A stretch of 64,000 nt of DNA from Chlorokybus atmophyticus (taxonomy: Eukaryota; Plantae; Mesostigma and Chlorokybus algae): contig RHPI01003389.1 of NCBI GenBank assembly GCA_009103225.1, forward strand, positions 310,001 to 374,000. The letters are read 5' to 3'. The translations under genes were made by a program, and so were the position numbers. Shown here one piece after another: positions 13,286-27,303 of this stretch. The notes under the pieces were generated by a model. That model was given only the letters and a program-made list of their open reading frames with translations. It was not told the DNA's origin and made no database searches. Positions within the stretch are counted from its first letter, which is position 1. The number at the start of each line of letters is the position of its first letter.

Positions 13286-13536
13286 GCTGACCTGCCCGAC
13301 TTGGCCTAACAAGGGTTAACGTAACCAACCTGCTCCGCAGTAGTACAAGAAACTAACCCTTGCTTTAACCACGCCAGCGGCGGCGGCGGCGGCGGCAAAG
13401 AAGCCGGACGCTGCTGCGGCGAAGGCGGTGCTGCACAAATCAGGCTCAACAGGGTAGCTTCAAGACGCACAAACGGAGTTGCTGTCAGCTCGAGCGCGGT
13501 TGTGCGGTGGCACTGGCGCCTGCCTCTGCTTCAGCA
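13286..13536. promoter_or_regulatory. Short head-to-head intergenic region (candidate bidirectional promoter) between POT and LeuRS
   Basis: Inferred start codons at 13285 (-) and 13537 (+) are ~250 bp apart; the region includes a (GCG)n run. Confidence 0.45.
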
Positions 13537-16500
13537 ATGGCCAGCGAGGTGAGACTGTTGTTGGCAGTCACTCTGTAGCTGCACTCAATGCGTTGGATGT
13601 GATAGCAGCCTCAGGGCTGTCCGCATGAGAGTTGGTGGCTGGTTGGATGTCCTCGCCATGCATGTAGGGTAGAACACTGGACCTCCGTATGGAGACAGCA
13701 TCCTTGCATTAGCAGCTGTCGTTGTCACAAATGCAGTGATTCAAGAGTGTTTGAGAAGCCTGTGTAAACTTACTGCGTTATGTACTCGTAAAGCCCTGCG
13801 CGTGATTCGCCATTAACATGCTAGAGTCTTGTTGCGGCTCGTTCAGCGGCTGCAGGACGCACAGCTGTAAGGTTGTTGCTAGGTTTTGTTTGCTTCGGAT
13901 TTTCGGTGTGCTTTGCGTTTCACGCTACATGCATCGCATTGGGCCGGTACTAATGACCTAACTGCACAATACAACCACCCGCAGCATGGATGCGAACGCA
14001 CATTGCGAAAGGACTACTCTTTGTTGGCAGTGATGGCACATCACTTGTGCCAAGGTCTAATATTCTCTTTACACTGCAGGATCATAAGAACACAGCACGC
14101 CGCGACTTGCTGCTGCAGCTGCAGGAGCGTGCGCAGCAGCGATGGGCTGAGGACAAGGTGTTTGAGTGCGATGCTCCAGAAGACGCAGCGGGCTCAGGAC
14201 AGCCTGGAGAAAAGTTCTTCGCCAACTTTCCCTATCCTTACATGAACGGGATGCTTCACCTGGGCCATGCATTCTCCTTGTCCAAAGTTAGCTGGCCATT
14301 CATGCATTGTGGCTGCAAAGCAAGCATCATGCTGTGCGTCACGTGCCACGATGGCATGTAAACATGTTATTATTTGGCAGATGGAGTTTGCATGTGCATA
14401 CCGACGACTGAAGGGCGAGCGCGTGCTCATGCCCTTTGCCTATCATTGTACTGGCATGCCTATCAAGGTGAGCTTTATCAGTTGCAACGTGGATGGACAT
14501 GAGACTGACTGGGGCTCTACTAGGCCTGTGCATTGAACACAATCCGTGTTGTTTTGCAGCACTTTGTTGCTGGCTGTACTTTATTGACATTGTTGTGTCA
14601 TCGTAGGCCTGTGCAGACAAGCTGAAGCGTGAGATTGCCACCTTTGGCAACCCACCCCAGTTTCCGTCAGCTGCTGATGCGGCCGAGGCTGCACTCGCTA
14701 CTGCGGGAGAGCCGGCCTCAGCAAATGGTGCAACCGCAAATAACCAAGGAAATGAGGACAAAGATCCAACAAAATTTAGGGCAAAGAAGGTATGAGAAAA
14801 AGTTGAAGAGATCACGTCTTCTTCAAGCAAACGGTCTTGTCGCCAGTATTGATACTGTGACATTGTTTGCAGTCCAAAGCGGTTGCAAAAGCTGGGACAG
14901 CTGCTTATCAGGTTGGTAGCCTAATTCCCTGTTGGTGTGTACTATTAGTGCATACTTACCTCATAGCCTCTTGCTATGTGGACTTATTGTGCATTGGTGC
15001 TTCAGTGGCAAATCATGCAAATGAGTGGTATCCCAGAGGACACCATCGCTCAGTTTCAAGATCCTCAACATTGGTTGAATTACTTTCCACCGCTTGCTGA
15101 GGTAGGCGCCAACTAGTGCATTGCGTGTCACTGATGTCGTTAGCCTGCCTCTTTTCTTGAGTGTGCGCTGTGTGCAGCAAGACCTGAGAGCAATGGGCCT
15201 GGGTGCAGACTGGCGGCGGTCATTCATCACAACGGACATGAACCCATACTACGATGCGTTCATCCGATGGCAGTTCAACACTTTGCGCAAACTTGGCAAG
15301 GTTGGCGTGCTGCCCAATGACTGCGCAAGTCAATCTTATTGCATGGTTTGATAACACACTTGCGCATGGTGGCAGGTTGTCAAAGATAAGCGATATGCAG
15401 TGTACTCGCCCTTGGATGGCCAGGTACGCTGACTCTTGTTGTCAGACAAAGCTGACTTATATTCACAATTGTATAACTAGCCCAAGTGCATGCTAAACTT
15501 GTCCCTTGTCACCTTATACAGCCTTGTGCCGACCATGACCGTGCTTCCGGTGAAGGCGCTGGCCCGCAGGAGTATGTGCTGGTAAAGATGGAGGTGATCT
15601 CACCGTTCACAGGTCACAACCTGGGCTGGTGTACATCACCTGGACAGCATGTGCACCAGATGGTGTGAGCACTCACCACATGTTGCTTGGTGTGCAGGCA
15701 AGCTTGAAGGCTTGCAGGGCAAAAAGGTGTTTCTGGGCGCTGCAACATTGCGTCCAGAGACAATGTATGGCCAAACCAATGCTTGGGCCTTGCCCGAAGG
15801 TGACTATGGCGCCTTTCAGACGGTGGATGGGGATGTACTGGTCACTTCACATCGCGCAGCTCTGAATCTGAGCTACCAAGGTTATTTCAAGGTATGGACC
15901 AATGGCGAAGTTGTTGTCTCAATCGTGTGATGCACTGGTCGCATGGTGTTGGCGGATTACAGCAGGTTGGTTGCAGGTCGAGGGACGGCCTGACTGCCTC
16001 TGTGAGTTGAAGGGCACGGACCTGCTGGGGTTAAGCTTGAAATCCCCATTGACCTCCAACGATGTGATCTATGTGCTTCCAATGCTCAGCATCCTGATGG
16101 ACAAAGGTTGCTTGAACACATGCCTACATTGTTTGCGGTCTGAAACTGGCACTTATATTAAGTGACCCACAGGTACTGGAGTGGTCACAAGCGTGCCCAG
16201 TGACTCTCCTGACGATTACATGGCTCTTATGGACCTGAAAAACAAGGCTGGTGAGTTCTTCTACGCTTGTTTGCAAGGTTTTGTGTGCTGTGTACTCAAG
16301 CTTACGGAGGGGTCGACAGCTTTCCGAGCAAAGTTTGGCTTGCATGATGAGTGGGTGATGCCGTTTGAGGTCCTACCTGTGCTGAACATCCCGGAGTTTG
16401 GAGACACTTCCGCCGTCAAGGTTTGCAGTAGTGATGTTACCATGTGGCGCAGCATTCTGTGTGGTTACCTGATACTTAGTTGGTTCTCAGGTGTGCAATG

Positions 16501-18854
16501 ATTTGAAGATCAAGAGCCAGAATGACAAGGACAAGCTGGCTGAGGCAAAGAAGCTGACGTACCTGAAGGTTGGTGACCGCTGAAGTGTGTATACGCTGCG
16601 AGCTGTAGTATTCACTGCATCACCGTTGTTGGAGGTTTTGATCTTACGTTTGGGTTGCAGGGTTTTGTGGAGGGTGTGATGGTTGTCGGACCGTACAAGG
16701 GCCAGAAGGTGGCTGACGCAAAACCCCTTATTCGCAAAGACTTGCTTGATGCAAAGGAGGCCATCATCTACTGCGAACCCGAGAAGAAGGTGATGTCCAG
16801 GTCTGGGGATGAGTGCGTTGTCGCACTCACAGACCAGTGGTACGTGACATATGGTGAAGAGGAGTGGCGCGATCTGGCAATGAAGGCCCTATCAAAGGTG
16901 GATGCATGCATTGTATGTGTCCATACTGAGTACCTCTCAGCAAGCATAGTTGACGAAAATGCTGCCGTTGTAATTACAGATGGAGCTGTATCATGAAGAG
17001 GCCCGCAATCAGTTCGAGCATACTCTCGGTTGGCTTAATCAATGGGCATGCTCGCGCTCATTTGGCCTTGGCACACGCCTGCCCTGGGACCCGCAGTACC
17101 TGATTGAGTCGCTGTCAGACTCCACTATCTACATGGCATATTACACCATTGCGCACACTCTGCAAGTATGAGGTGCACTGCGTTGGACTTCTGTTATCAG
17201 CTCAAACTCCTGATACCTAATCTGTTCATCCAGAGGGGGGACATTTATGGCCAGCCAGATGGCAAGTCGATACGCCCTGAGCAGCTCACAGATGAAGTAT
17301 TTGAGCATATCTTCCGTGACGGACCAGCTCCAAACACAGACATACCAGAAGACGTTATCGCAAAGATGAGGCGGGAGTTCAACTATTGGTATCCGTTTGA
17401 TTTGAGGGTTTCAGGAAAGGATCTCATACAGAACCACCTGACATTTTCCATCTACAACCACACTGCTCTTTTCCCTGAGGTAAGCGCAAAGACTGTGAGT
17501 ATCTGACATATGTGTACTTGACGCAGGTTGTTGTATGTACTGACAACATGCCTCCTGAGTACAGGAGAAGTGGCCGCGCGCGTTTCGCTGCAACGGTCAC
17601 CTGTTGTTGAACTCTGAGAAGATGTCCAAGTCAACTGGTAACTTCAAGACCCTCAGGGAGGCCATTGCAGAGTACTCTGCAGATGCGATGCGCTTTGCCC
17701 TGGCCGATGCTGGTGACAACATGGATGATGCCAACTTTGTGGAGCTGACAGCCAATGCTGCCATCCTGAAGTTGACAAAGTAAGCCCGTAGTAGCAGTGT
17801 AGGCCATGGCGCACACATGTCAGGCTTGGCCTTATGCATGCTTGGCTCTTTGGCAGGGAACTTGCTTGGATGGAGGAGAATGTTGCTGCCAATGCAGGTT
17901 TACGGGAAGGCGGCAACGACACATTTGCAGATCGAGTGTTTGCAAACGAGCTCAACATTGCCGTGTCCACAACAGTTGACGCCTATGAGCACATGATGTT
18001 TCGAGAGGCTTTGAAAGCAGGCTTCTACGACTTGCAGGTGAGTCAAGCATGCCTTGCTGAGCGGTCTCGTTTGCCACACATGCCGACAGTTAGTTTGGTG
18101 AATGCAGAATGCTCGAGATGAGTACAGGATATCATGTGGTAGTGCCGGCATGCGCCAAGATCTTGTGCTGCGCTTCATTGAGGTCCAAACCCTGCTGCTG
18201 GTACCGCTCACCCCGCACTTCTGCGAGCACGTCTGGGGTTCTGTTCTCAACAAGTCAGGCACAGTGTTGAGAGCAGGCTTGCCGAGTGCCGCTTCCCCAG
18301 ATTACACGCTTCAGCACGCAAACAAGTACTTGCAGGACACCATCACGGCGTTCAGGAAGGCTCTGATAAAGCAGCAGGCTCCCAAGAAAGGTGCCAAGAA
18401 GCCAGCTGCTGCGCCAGAGCCCATCACTACGTGTCGCGTTTTTGTGGCTGAGCGATTCATAGGCTGGCAAGAGCAGTGCTTGAACATCTTGTCTTCGCAC
18501 TATGATATAAAGGCGAAGCAGTTTGCACCTGATGCTGAAATCATGGAGGCGATCAAAAGCAGTCCGCTGTCTCAGCAAGCAGACTTCAAGAACATTCTGA
18601 AGATGTGCATGCCATTTGTTAAGTTCAAGAAGGATGAAGCCCTGGCTGTCGGCGCTCACGCATTGGACACTAAATTGCCGTTTGAGGAGCAGGCGATTTT
18701 GCTGGAAAACGCAGACTATGTGCGACGCGCACTGGGGCTGGAAAACTTGCACATTGCGTCCGCGAGCAATTCTGATGCATTGTCGGCTGCTGGTGTTGAC
18801 GCTGCAAAGGTTGCGGCTGGTACACCTGGCTCACCTGTTGCTATTTTTTCATAG
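13537..18854 (+). CDS. leuS: Leucyl-tRNA synthetase, cytosolic/eukaryotic type; multi-exon
   Basis: Micro-exon 'MASE' (13537-13548), then '[12 protein letters not shown]'. HIGH motif '[14 protein letters not shown]', editing domain '[14 protein letters not shown]', '[18 protein letters not shown]', '[19 protein letters not shown]', KMSKS motif '[12 protein letters not shown]'. Ends 'GSPVAIFS*' at 18854. Confidence 0.97.
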
Positions 18855-21005
18855 ACAGCTTTCCTAGGGGGTGTAGGCGTTAAGCGGGCTCTTGATGAGT
18901 TGAATGCTGCACTCCAGTATGCAAAAACTTTTGCATTGCTTCATGATCTCCACTACAACGGCACCATCAGTGTCATTCCTTTGTGTTTATGATATGCGCA
19001 GTATGAATGTGTTCAGCATCATTGCCTGCTGGTCAATGCATTGAATGATGCAATCTATTTGCAGTTTTCATAGCCCAACTGATGGCGCAAAGCATGTGAT
19101 GGTGAACAAGATGTTCATGTGAATTACGTCGTTTATTATTGAACGAATTTGCACAAGTGTAGTTGATTGTTGCATCGAATGCTTCCATTTGCAAGTACGA
19201 GTAATGCCTATCATGCAGCTCCTCGGCAACCAAAGTTAAAGGTACTGCTATACGTGTTCATATATGAAATTATGCCCGTTGTTGAGAGTGCATGCAGCTT
19301 CGTGTTACCCACCATGTCCTTGTTATGCTTAAAGCAAAGGAAGCGAAGGTGGTGGCGTCAAGGGCTCCGATGAAAGTGGTAATTTTCAATACAATGTTAC
19401 ATATCAGAGCTTGGTTATTAAAGAAACGGTTTCATGCAAGTCAATCTATCTATGTACATTATACTGCAAACAACGCATCCATGACATCGCCCGTCTTATG
19501 ATTCATATTTTATGGTTTGATTTGCGTGTAAAAAGGCGTAGACCTGCTAATCACCGTAAGCTTCACCTTATTTTACTTGTTGATAGCCCAATTTATTTGA
19601 TGTACTTTGTTAATCAAGCATTTCAACTTTCATTACAAACGTGCACAAAAATATGATGCAAGCTCGATACGATGAGTAAAACAGAAGCTAGCTCTTACTT
19701 AACCATAAGCTTGCGGTTGTCAATTCATCTCCACCTCCCCCCTCTTCATTCATTCCCCCTTATTGTTGCGCGCATTGCTGTTGGTAACCAAATCAAACCA
19801 CTTTTGTTTGTTTGTTTCGTTTCTGCTCAGCATCAAATAGATTGATATCGTATATAATGCGGATTTTGATTTAATGAATATTCAAAGTTTTGTGGTGTTC
19901 AACATTACTTGTGTGGTGTTTGCACTGCTGCAGGGTTGGTGCATGCACATGTATCTACAACGTTCATGCATTCAATCCAAGTTGGTGCAACAGAGCACAT
20001 AGCACGGCCGCTCTGCAGCAGACGTTAGCGTAGGCGATTGGTCGGGAGAGGGCTGGTCGCGACTCGTGGTGCCGCGCACTGCGGAGTGTATGGCAAAATC
20101 CGCAGCCGGGCATTGCTCGGAATCAACAATCTCCCAGATTCTCGCTCTGTCCCTTCGCGCATTGGCGACGGCGGCGGCGGCGGCGGTGGGGGTGGAGGTG
20201 GTTGTGGCCGAGGTCGTGGTCGTGGTGGAGGCGTGGGTGGCTGAGGCTTAGGAGGCGGAGAGGAGGGGTGGCCAGAAGGGGTGGGGCGGAGCTGAAGCGT
20301 GCTGGGCTTGGACAGCTGTTGAGGCCAGCGCAAGTGGGCGGTGGGTGTGGCCAGGGCGTGAGCCTGCTTCGTGGCTGGCCGCTGTCGCCGCCGCAGCAGC
20401 CTCATTGGCTCCGCCGTGGTTGTTGTGAAAAGGCCTCCTATCGGCCGGCTGCCTTTGCTGGTGCGGTTTCATCTTACGCCGAATGCATGCGCTGTCCGTC
20501 TCGGCTTGTGTGCCCCGCATTCGCCGGTTGCTCCTGGCATGGCTGACCACGCTGTCAAGTGGCTTATGCCATTGCTTGCAATATTGGACGGCTACTCATA
20601 TTGCATGCAGCAGTTGCTTCTGCAATCTGTATGCAAGTTAGGCAAGGCCAGCACCGCATTGGTGTAGCTAGCAGCCTTACAGTGGCTCAGAGTCACTGTA
20701 AGGCGCCAACAAACCCTTCGAGCTGTCACAGTCAGTGTTATGACGGCGTCATGCCGGTAGATTAAGTTTCAAACGTGCACAACCGTATAGCCTTTTCTCA
20801 TTTAGCGCATCGCAATGCAGGAGTCTGTGGCGTTAGTTCTCTGCTTCTCGTGCATGCCCTTAACTGGCAAACGCTTTATGTCATGCGCAAATGCACAGCA
20901 GTTGCTAGCACTTGGCTTGATGGGTGCAGCTGTCATGTCAATCAAGCATGGGCATCTGTCAACATTGACGCATTGCTTTGCAGGATTTGGAGGTGAATTA
21001 CGACC

Positions 21006-24000
21006 ATGACGGACCTCGCGCAGCATCCGGACTTCCACTTCACCAAAGAGTACCCCATGCAGGCTTTGCTCGATGACTGTCGCATGCTTCAGCAGCTGCT
21101 GGACGACTGTCTGCGCATGGAAGTTGGGGAGGATATGATGGGAAAGCTCGAGCAGATTCGAGCGCTTGCATTGGTATGTTTCAATGTGATATGCAGTGGC
21201 TTACAACGAGATTTTGTGCAGTACATGTCACAGACATGCATTTCCTGTGACTGCAGTCAAGCCACGATCTCCTTGCTACTGGTGCAAATGAAGCCGTGAA
21301 CATCCTTAATGATGTACTGGAGAAGAAGCTGATCAATTTGCCGCTCAACGAAATTGTGCCGCTTGCAAGGGCCTTCTCGCACTATCTGAACCTCACGAGC
21401 ATCGCAGAGACACACCACCAGTACGTTGCTCAGTCTCTACTGTCACCTGTTGCATCACTTCTGGAGTGCGCAGCATTGTGCAATCATCATATTTTGCTGC
21501 ACCATACCGGGTGCAGCCAAGCTTCTTGTTTGCACCAAAGCCATTGTAATGTTTTACACCCTGGTGCGTTGTGGTAACCTGATGGGGCTGAGATAGGTGA
21601 TAGCACTGAACGTTACAAACAAGTACGTGCTTCATATAGGGTACGCCGGACCCGGGCTCCGGACTCAGCATTTAAGTCATGCGACGAAGTATTTGAAAAG
21701 CTTCTGCAAGATGGGTACTCCGCACAGGACTTGCACGATGCTGTGTCAAAGACGGTAGGTGTTGGTCATGTGACCGTTGACCTGCATTGATGATATCAAG
21801 TTGCGTCGTCGAGCTCAGACAGGGCGTTCTTTTTCCCCGCGCAGTGTGTGGAGATAGTTCTCACAGCTCACCCAACACAAGTCAATCGGCGTACATTACA
21901 GTACAAGCACACACGCATTGCGGTGAGTGCAAGGGGTGGGTTATTGTAATGCATTGTGCTTTTGCATATAATTCCAGTTTGCGTGATGGCAATCTCTTTA
22001 TCTGGGTGGATGTGTGGTGCGCATTGGTTTGCAGGCGTGTCTTGAGCATCATGACCGTCCTGACCTCACCCAAGCAGAGCGTGATCTGGTTATTGATGAG
22101 CTGGTGAGTCCCCCTCCCCCCCTTCCCCCCCAACACACACACCAAAAAATAAAAACTTGGACACTTGGACCCTCAATGTAAGGCTCCTTCAGCAGAGCTT
22201 GTCGCATGGGTTGGGTAGGCGTTGATACTGCTGCCACAGGTGCGCGAGATTACAGCATTGTGGCAGACAGATGAACTCAGGCGCAGAAAACCCACACCTT
22301 TAGATGAGGCTCGCGGTGGCCTGCACCTTGTGGAGCAGTCACTCTGGACAGCAGTTCCAACCTACCTACGCAACCTGAGCATCTCACTGTTGAAGTTCAC
22401 TGGCAAGCCCCTCCCTGTCAATGTGTCCCCGCTGCGGTTTGGGTCGTGGATTGGTGGTGATCGTGATGGCAACCCGAATGTGACAGCCAAGGCATGTAGT
22501 TACTGTCCCTCCTGCAAGCGTGTACCCACACACACACATGAACACAACAGCATGTGCTGAAGCTGATGCCTGCGATGTAGGTCACAAGCGATGTGTCACA
22601 TCTGGCGCGCTGGCTGGCGGCTGATTTATACCTGCGCGAGATTGATACATTGCGGTTTGAACTGTCAATGAGCTTTTGCAATGAGGAGCTGGGACGTCTG
22701 AGCGACGAGCTTTTAGCCAAGGACTTGGAACACCAGGAAGATAATGCGCAGCTGCATCGAGCCACAAGCTCTGCCCATGATCATGATGATCATGGCGTAG
22801 CCGGAATGATTATTGGCACTCGTCCTGTAGGTGGGTGCACACACGTCAGTAATGCGTTGGCTTCTCTAATCAGCTAGGTGAACGGGTTGAAAGATGATGT
22901 TGTCTGCAACCGCTCGCAACTGCTGCCATCCATATATAAACGTGACGCAAGGCTGTGTTCTGCAGAAATGAGCCTGGATCATTTTGTGAATATTCCTGAG
23001 ATGCCCATTCCTGGGAGCGTGGACACGCGCGCCGACGGTTCAAGCCCAAGTTTCTCGGCGGTATGCATTACAAGCTGGGTGTGGAGTCATGCCACGTGAA
23101 TGGGTTGGTTGCTGCCAGGAGCGTGCAAAGCTTGTGCGGTCAGGACACAACACCATGCCATAACTGATGTGTTGTAACAACAAGGCCAAAGTTGTATGCA
23201 TAGTTGAATGCGAGTCGTTTGTGCCCGGGGTTAGTCTTTAACTGCTTCCTGTGCAGTTGCCATCGCCTCATGAGTCTGTGCCCCCATCACCCCTGGGTAG
23301 ACCTGCACATCAGTTTCCTCCATACGAGATTCGGCCTGTGGAGACCAAAGCGCCCACAACAGCTGTCAGTGCCAGCAGCACACCAACTGCAGGCGGGGTC
23401 AACACGGCTTCTGGCATGGCACGCAGGAAGTCGTTCACTTCAACTGTCAGCCGCAACATCGACGCTCTTCTCAATCCCAAGCGAAGCTTCGTAACCCCGT
23501 ATCGTGTGGTGCTCACCGATGTCCGCCAAAAGGTGCGAAGCTTGGTTCTGTTGTTGTGCACGGTGGCCTCAAGGCAATAAAGATGTGCCTGCTTACCATC
23601 CTAAGCACTACTCCCATGCTTGGTTAGCGAGTAGAGGGTGTCAGGCTGTCAGCATATGGTGTTCAAGCAATGTCCACTGGCATTTGACGCTGGAGTCTTG
23701 ATAGTGGGGCATGTAAACTAGTTCTATGCTGATTGATGTCGCTCCAAACTGCAGTTGCTCAACACTCGACGGCGCATGGAGGACCTTTTGGCTGGCAATC
23801 CTGTGGCTGATGAGGAGTGCTATGAGACAACCGAGGAACTAGCACAGCCTTTGCTCATGTGTTATCGCTCGCTGCATGAGTGCGGGTCAGGCGCGATTGC
23901 TGATGGGCGACTGCTTGATATCCTGCGCCGGCTCTACACGTTCGGCCTCACCTTGTGCAAGCTAGACATACGCCAAGAGAAGGACCGCCATACGGAGGCA

Positions 24001-26425
24001 CTGACGACACTGACAGAGTACCTCGGCCTCGGGTCGTATGGTGAATGGGATGAGGACGCCAAAATCAAGTTCTTGGTCACTGAGCTGCAGGTATGGCATG
24101 TGCAGCGCTGGTGACTTGTCTTTGGGTTGGGTTAACTTGTGACTCGATGCTGGTCGTATGAGGTGCATGCAGTCTGTTTAAGCCGTTAGCTGTACATATG
24201 TCGCTGTCTGCCAACTGTTTGCCAATGGCAGGGACGTCGCCCGCTCATCCCATCTGATATGCCTGTGTCGGAGAATGTGAAAGAGGTGTTTGACACATTC
24301 AAGGTAGCAGCAGCCCTGGGCTCAAACAACCTCGGTGCATACGTGATCTCAATGGCAGAAGCTGCCAGCGATGTCCTGGCGGTTGAGCTGTTGCAGCGCG
24401 AAGCTCGCATCATTGTCGCTGGTGAGCAAGGTCGTCCCCCACCGGGTACAACTCTGAGAGTTGTTCCTCTCTTTGAAACACTCAAGGATCTGCGCGCTGC
24501 TGGCGGCATCATCAGGCAGCTGCTTGCTGTACCATGGTACAAGGAGCACTTGATCCGGAACCATGGCGCTCATCAAGAGGTATGGAAAACATGGAACGGA
24601 TGGTGGTGGGTGTAGTCCTTGGTAGATCAATAGTATATTTTGCGATCATAATGCATCTGTTATTTACATGGAGTGGCTACAGGTTATGATTGGGTATTCC
24701 GACTCTGGAAAGGATGCTGGACGCTTTGCCGCAGCGTGGGAGTTGTACAAGGTGCAAGAGGACGTCACATGTGTGTGTGCGGAGTCTGGTATTCAGGTCA
24801 CCCTGTTCCATGGACGGGGTGGGTCAGTGGGAAGAGGCGGTGGGCCCATGTACTTGGCTATCCAAGTAAGCTGCACTGGATAGTTGCCTTTTGTGCCACA
24901 CTGTTGCAGTGTAGTTGATATGGTGTTGCGTTTCTCGTTGTGTGAGCGCACGCGCCTGTGTCATGTATACCAGTGTTGGTTGGATGAGGCACTTGACATG
25001 TGCATGCTTGCTCGGCAAGACGTTTGCGTTGATGGTCTACACAACACAGCTCTCACCCAGCATGTGCTCTAACCACACCTTCCCCTTTGTGCAGTCACAA
25101 CCGCCCGGCTCAGTCCAAGGAAGCCTTCGCATCACCGAGCAGGGTGAGATGGTTCAGGCCAAGTTCGGCATACCTGCTGTGGGTTTGAGGCAACTGGAGA
25201 TCTACACCACTGCCGTTGTGCGCGCAACGCTGCATCCCCCATCTACGGCAAAGAATTTGGCATGGCGTGAGATGATGGACAGGCTGTCGGACATCAGTTG
25301 CAAGTCTTATCGAGGGTACGAGTTGTCTGACAATCTCCATGGTGTAACTTGACAATGGGACTGAGTTTCAGCATGGACACTGTGCGAATAACCCTTACTG
25401 ATATGCAGCATGGTGTATGAGACTCCCAACTTCGGGCCATACTTCCATGAAGCGACACCCGAAGCAGAGCTCGGCAATCTAAACATTGGCAGCCGCCCCG
25501 CGCGCAGAAAGGCTGCGAAGCCTGGAGATGTCCGCTCCCTGCGCGCCATTCCCTGGATTTTCGCCTGGACCCAAACCAGGCTGATCTTGCCAGCCTGGCT
25601 GGGCATAGGTAAGGAGATGCGTTCTTGAGTGTCGTGATGACAGCCACATGGGCTCTTCCAAGCGGTGCTGACCTCTATGCATGCTTAGGTGATGCCCTCA
25701 GTGAGGCCATTCAGGACGGGCACAAGAGCACTCTGCAGGAGATGTACCAGCAGTGGCCTTTCTTCCAGTCCACCATTGACCTGATTGAGATGATTCTGGC
25801 CAAGGTGCGGTTGTGTTGGTAGCGTGCACTTCCTAATGAACGCTGCTGTTCTGTGCCTCAAATGAGCCGCTCAAGCACATGCTGAGAGTAAGTGAATTGC
25901 AGGTTGACCTTCGCATAGCCGGTTTGTACGATGCCGTGCTTGTGTCACCTGAGAACAAGGAACTTGGTGAACTGCTGCGAAACAAGTTCAAGCAGGTAGG
26001 CATCGTCCCTCGCGTCCAACCACCTTGTCTTGCTTCACTGGTCCCTCCATGTGCTTGTCCTAAACACAATGGCGTTGCAGACAGTGCGCACAGTGCTGGA
26101 AGTAAGTGGTCACAAGACGTTGCTTGAGAATAACAAGGTGTTGAAGCAGTTGATTGCACTGCGCAATCCCTTCCTTGAGCCCATCAACATACTTCAGGTC
26201 AGCCAGCAGATATGTCCTATGGTTTAGTACGCAGGTTGCACGATTCGGTGTTCATTGCGCTCTTCAGTAGGCATGGGCACCCATGCTGTCATGGTTCTGA
26301 TGTGTGCATGCTGCCAGGTTGAAATCTTGCGGCGCCTGCGACAAGAACCCAACAACCAGCGGCTGCGCGATGCGCTGCTCATCACCATCAACGGCATTGC
26401 TGCTGGCATGCGCAACACCGGGTGA
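21006..26425 (+). CDS. ppc: Phosphoenolpyruvate carboxylase, bacterial-type (BTPC, AtPPC4/CrPpc2-like); multi-exon
   Basis: N-terminus 'MTD...[33 protein letters not shown]' lacks the plant-type phospho-Ser motif. Also '[12 protein letters not shown]', '[16 protein letters not shown]', '[14 protein letters not shown]', '[14 protein letters not shown]' and '[12 protein letters not shown]'. C-terminal RNTG* tetrapeptide (stop 26423-26425) is BTPC-type; a disordered insert lies at ~22950-23520. Confidence 0.96.
22492..22580 (+). other. Non-canonical GC-AG intron in PEPC
   Basis: 'NPNVTAK|gcatgtag...gcgatgtag|[11 protein letters not shown]' restores the conserved frame only with a GC donor at 22492. 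Confidence 0.8.
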
Positions 26426-26670
26426 AGGCGGAGACAGCATCAAGTGTTGGTGTGCTGCCTGATTGTGTGCTTTCGTATCTGTCAGTGTGCCAGCCTGATG
26501 TCGCATGATGCAGTAAGGTAGTCGTGTTGTTAATCTAGTGCAGGCCTCAACGCCTCAATGTATGTGCAGTGGTAGGTACTGATTGCTATGTATCTGTCTA
26601 TTGAACGTGTGTGCTTGGCTGTGCCCATCTTGTGCCATTCAACCACATAAGCACCTAATCACATAAGATT

Positions 26671-27032
26671 TGCGCTCAGCACGCTCTCAGAAGGTGTGCA
26701 ACAATGCAAGATGCAAGCACACCGCCAGGCAATAATAGCAGTACAACACAAAGACAATAATTAGAATGGGGGCCAAGACAGAGCTTTACACTTACAACTA
26801 AGGCAAAGCACCTTAGGACCAGCCAGCACACTAGACCTTCATGCAGGCAAGGCAGTAGCAGTCAATGATGCAGAGGGGTACCATCTGCAGAGTACAGGGA
26901 CGGAGTAGAGGGAGAGGAGTGAGCCCCAAGGTCCGCGAAGGGTGCAGCCAGCATAGACAACTGCCACGCTGACGACGACAACTGCTTGGCCCCCGCTCAG
27001 AAGGTTGCGCCGCCAAGGGTGAAGTATGGTCC
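26671..27032 (-). repeat. 362-bp dispersed direct repeat, copy 1 (candidate 3' end / pseudo-LTR of the Penelope-like element)
   Basis: Colinear with 50406-50767 (roughly 80% identity by eye). Lies ~270 bp 3' of the PLE ORF stop and carries tandem TGTAA on the minus strand (26786-26796). Confidence 0.85.
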
Positions 27033-27303
27033 TCTGGTCTTACCAATACCTGCCAACAGCAGCCTTGGCACCTTGTTAAGTTAAGACCCGCAGCCTTTTG
27101 TTAGGTTACCGTTACCGATTACGACTGTTAGGCACATGACAGAAACCAAGCAAGCCGCATGGCTTATGAGTCAGCAGTGAGTCAGCAAGCAAATTGTCAC
27201 CAACATTGTCATGACACAATGACCCAATGACATGTGGGCAGTACAAACTGTTCCCCACACTTGCTCACCTGTACTTATCTGACTTACATGTTGTCGAAGT
27301 CGG

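Noticed and set aside
56-18854. Two aminoacyl-tRNA synthetases and a peptide transporter within 19 kb as a functional cluster
   Set aside because: Both are ordinary housekeeping enzymes with no sign of paralogous or biosynthetic specialisation; proximity is plausibly chance.
19030-19990. AT-rich intergenic stretch between LeuRS and PEPC
   Set aside because: No repeats, termini or credible ORF found by eye.
20038-20470. GC-rich Gly/Pro ORFs upstream of PEPC
   Set aside because: Low-complexity sequence, most likely 5' UTR or promoter; the conserved BTPC start is at 21006.
26671-27300. Hammerhead or HDV-like ribozyme in the candidate pLTR (CTGACGA core; CTTGGC...TCCTGAGC...GCCAAG stem-loop)
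   Set aside because: The CTGACGA is on the strand opposite to the PLE and has no properly placed GAAA. The HDV-like fold lacks a consistent P2 and G1. It would need an RNAMotif/Infernal search.
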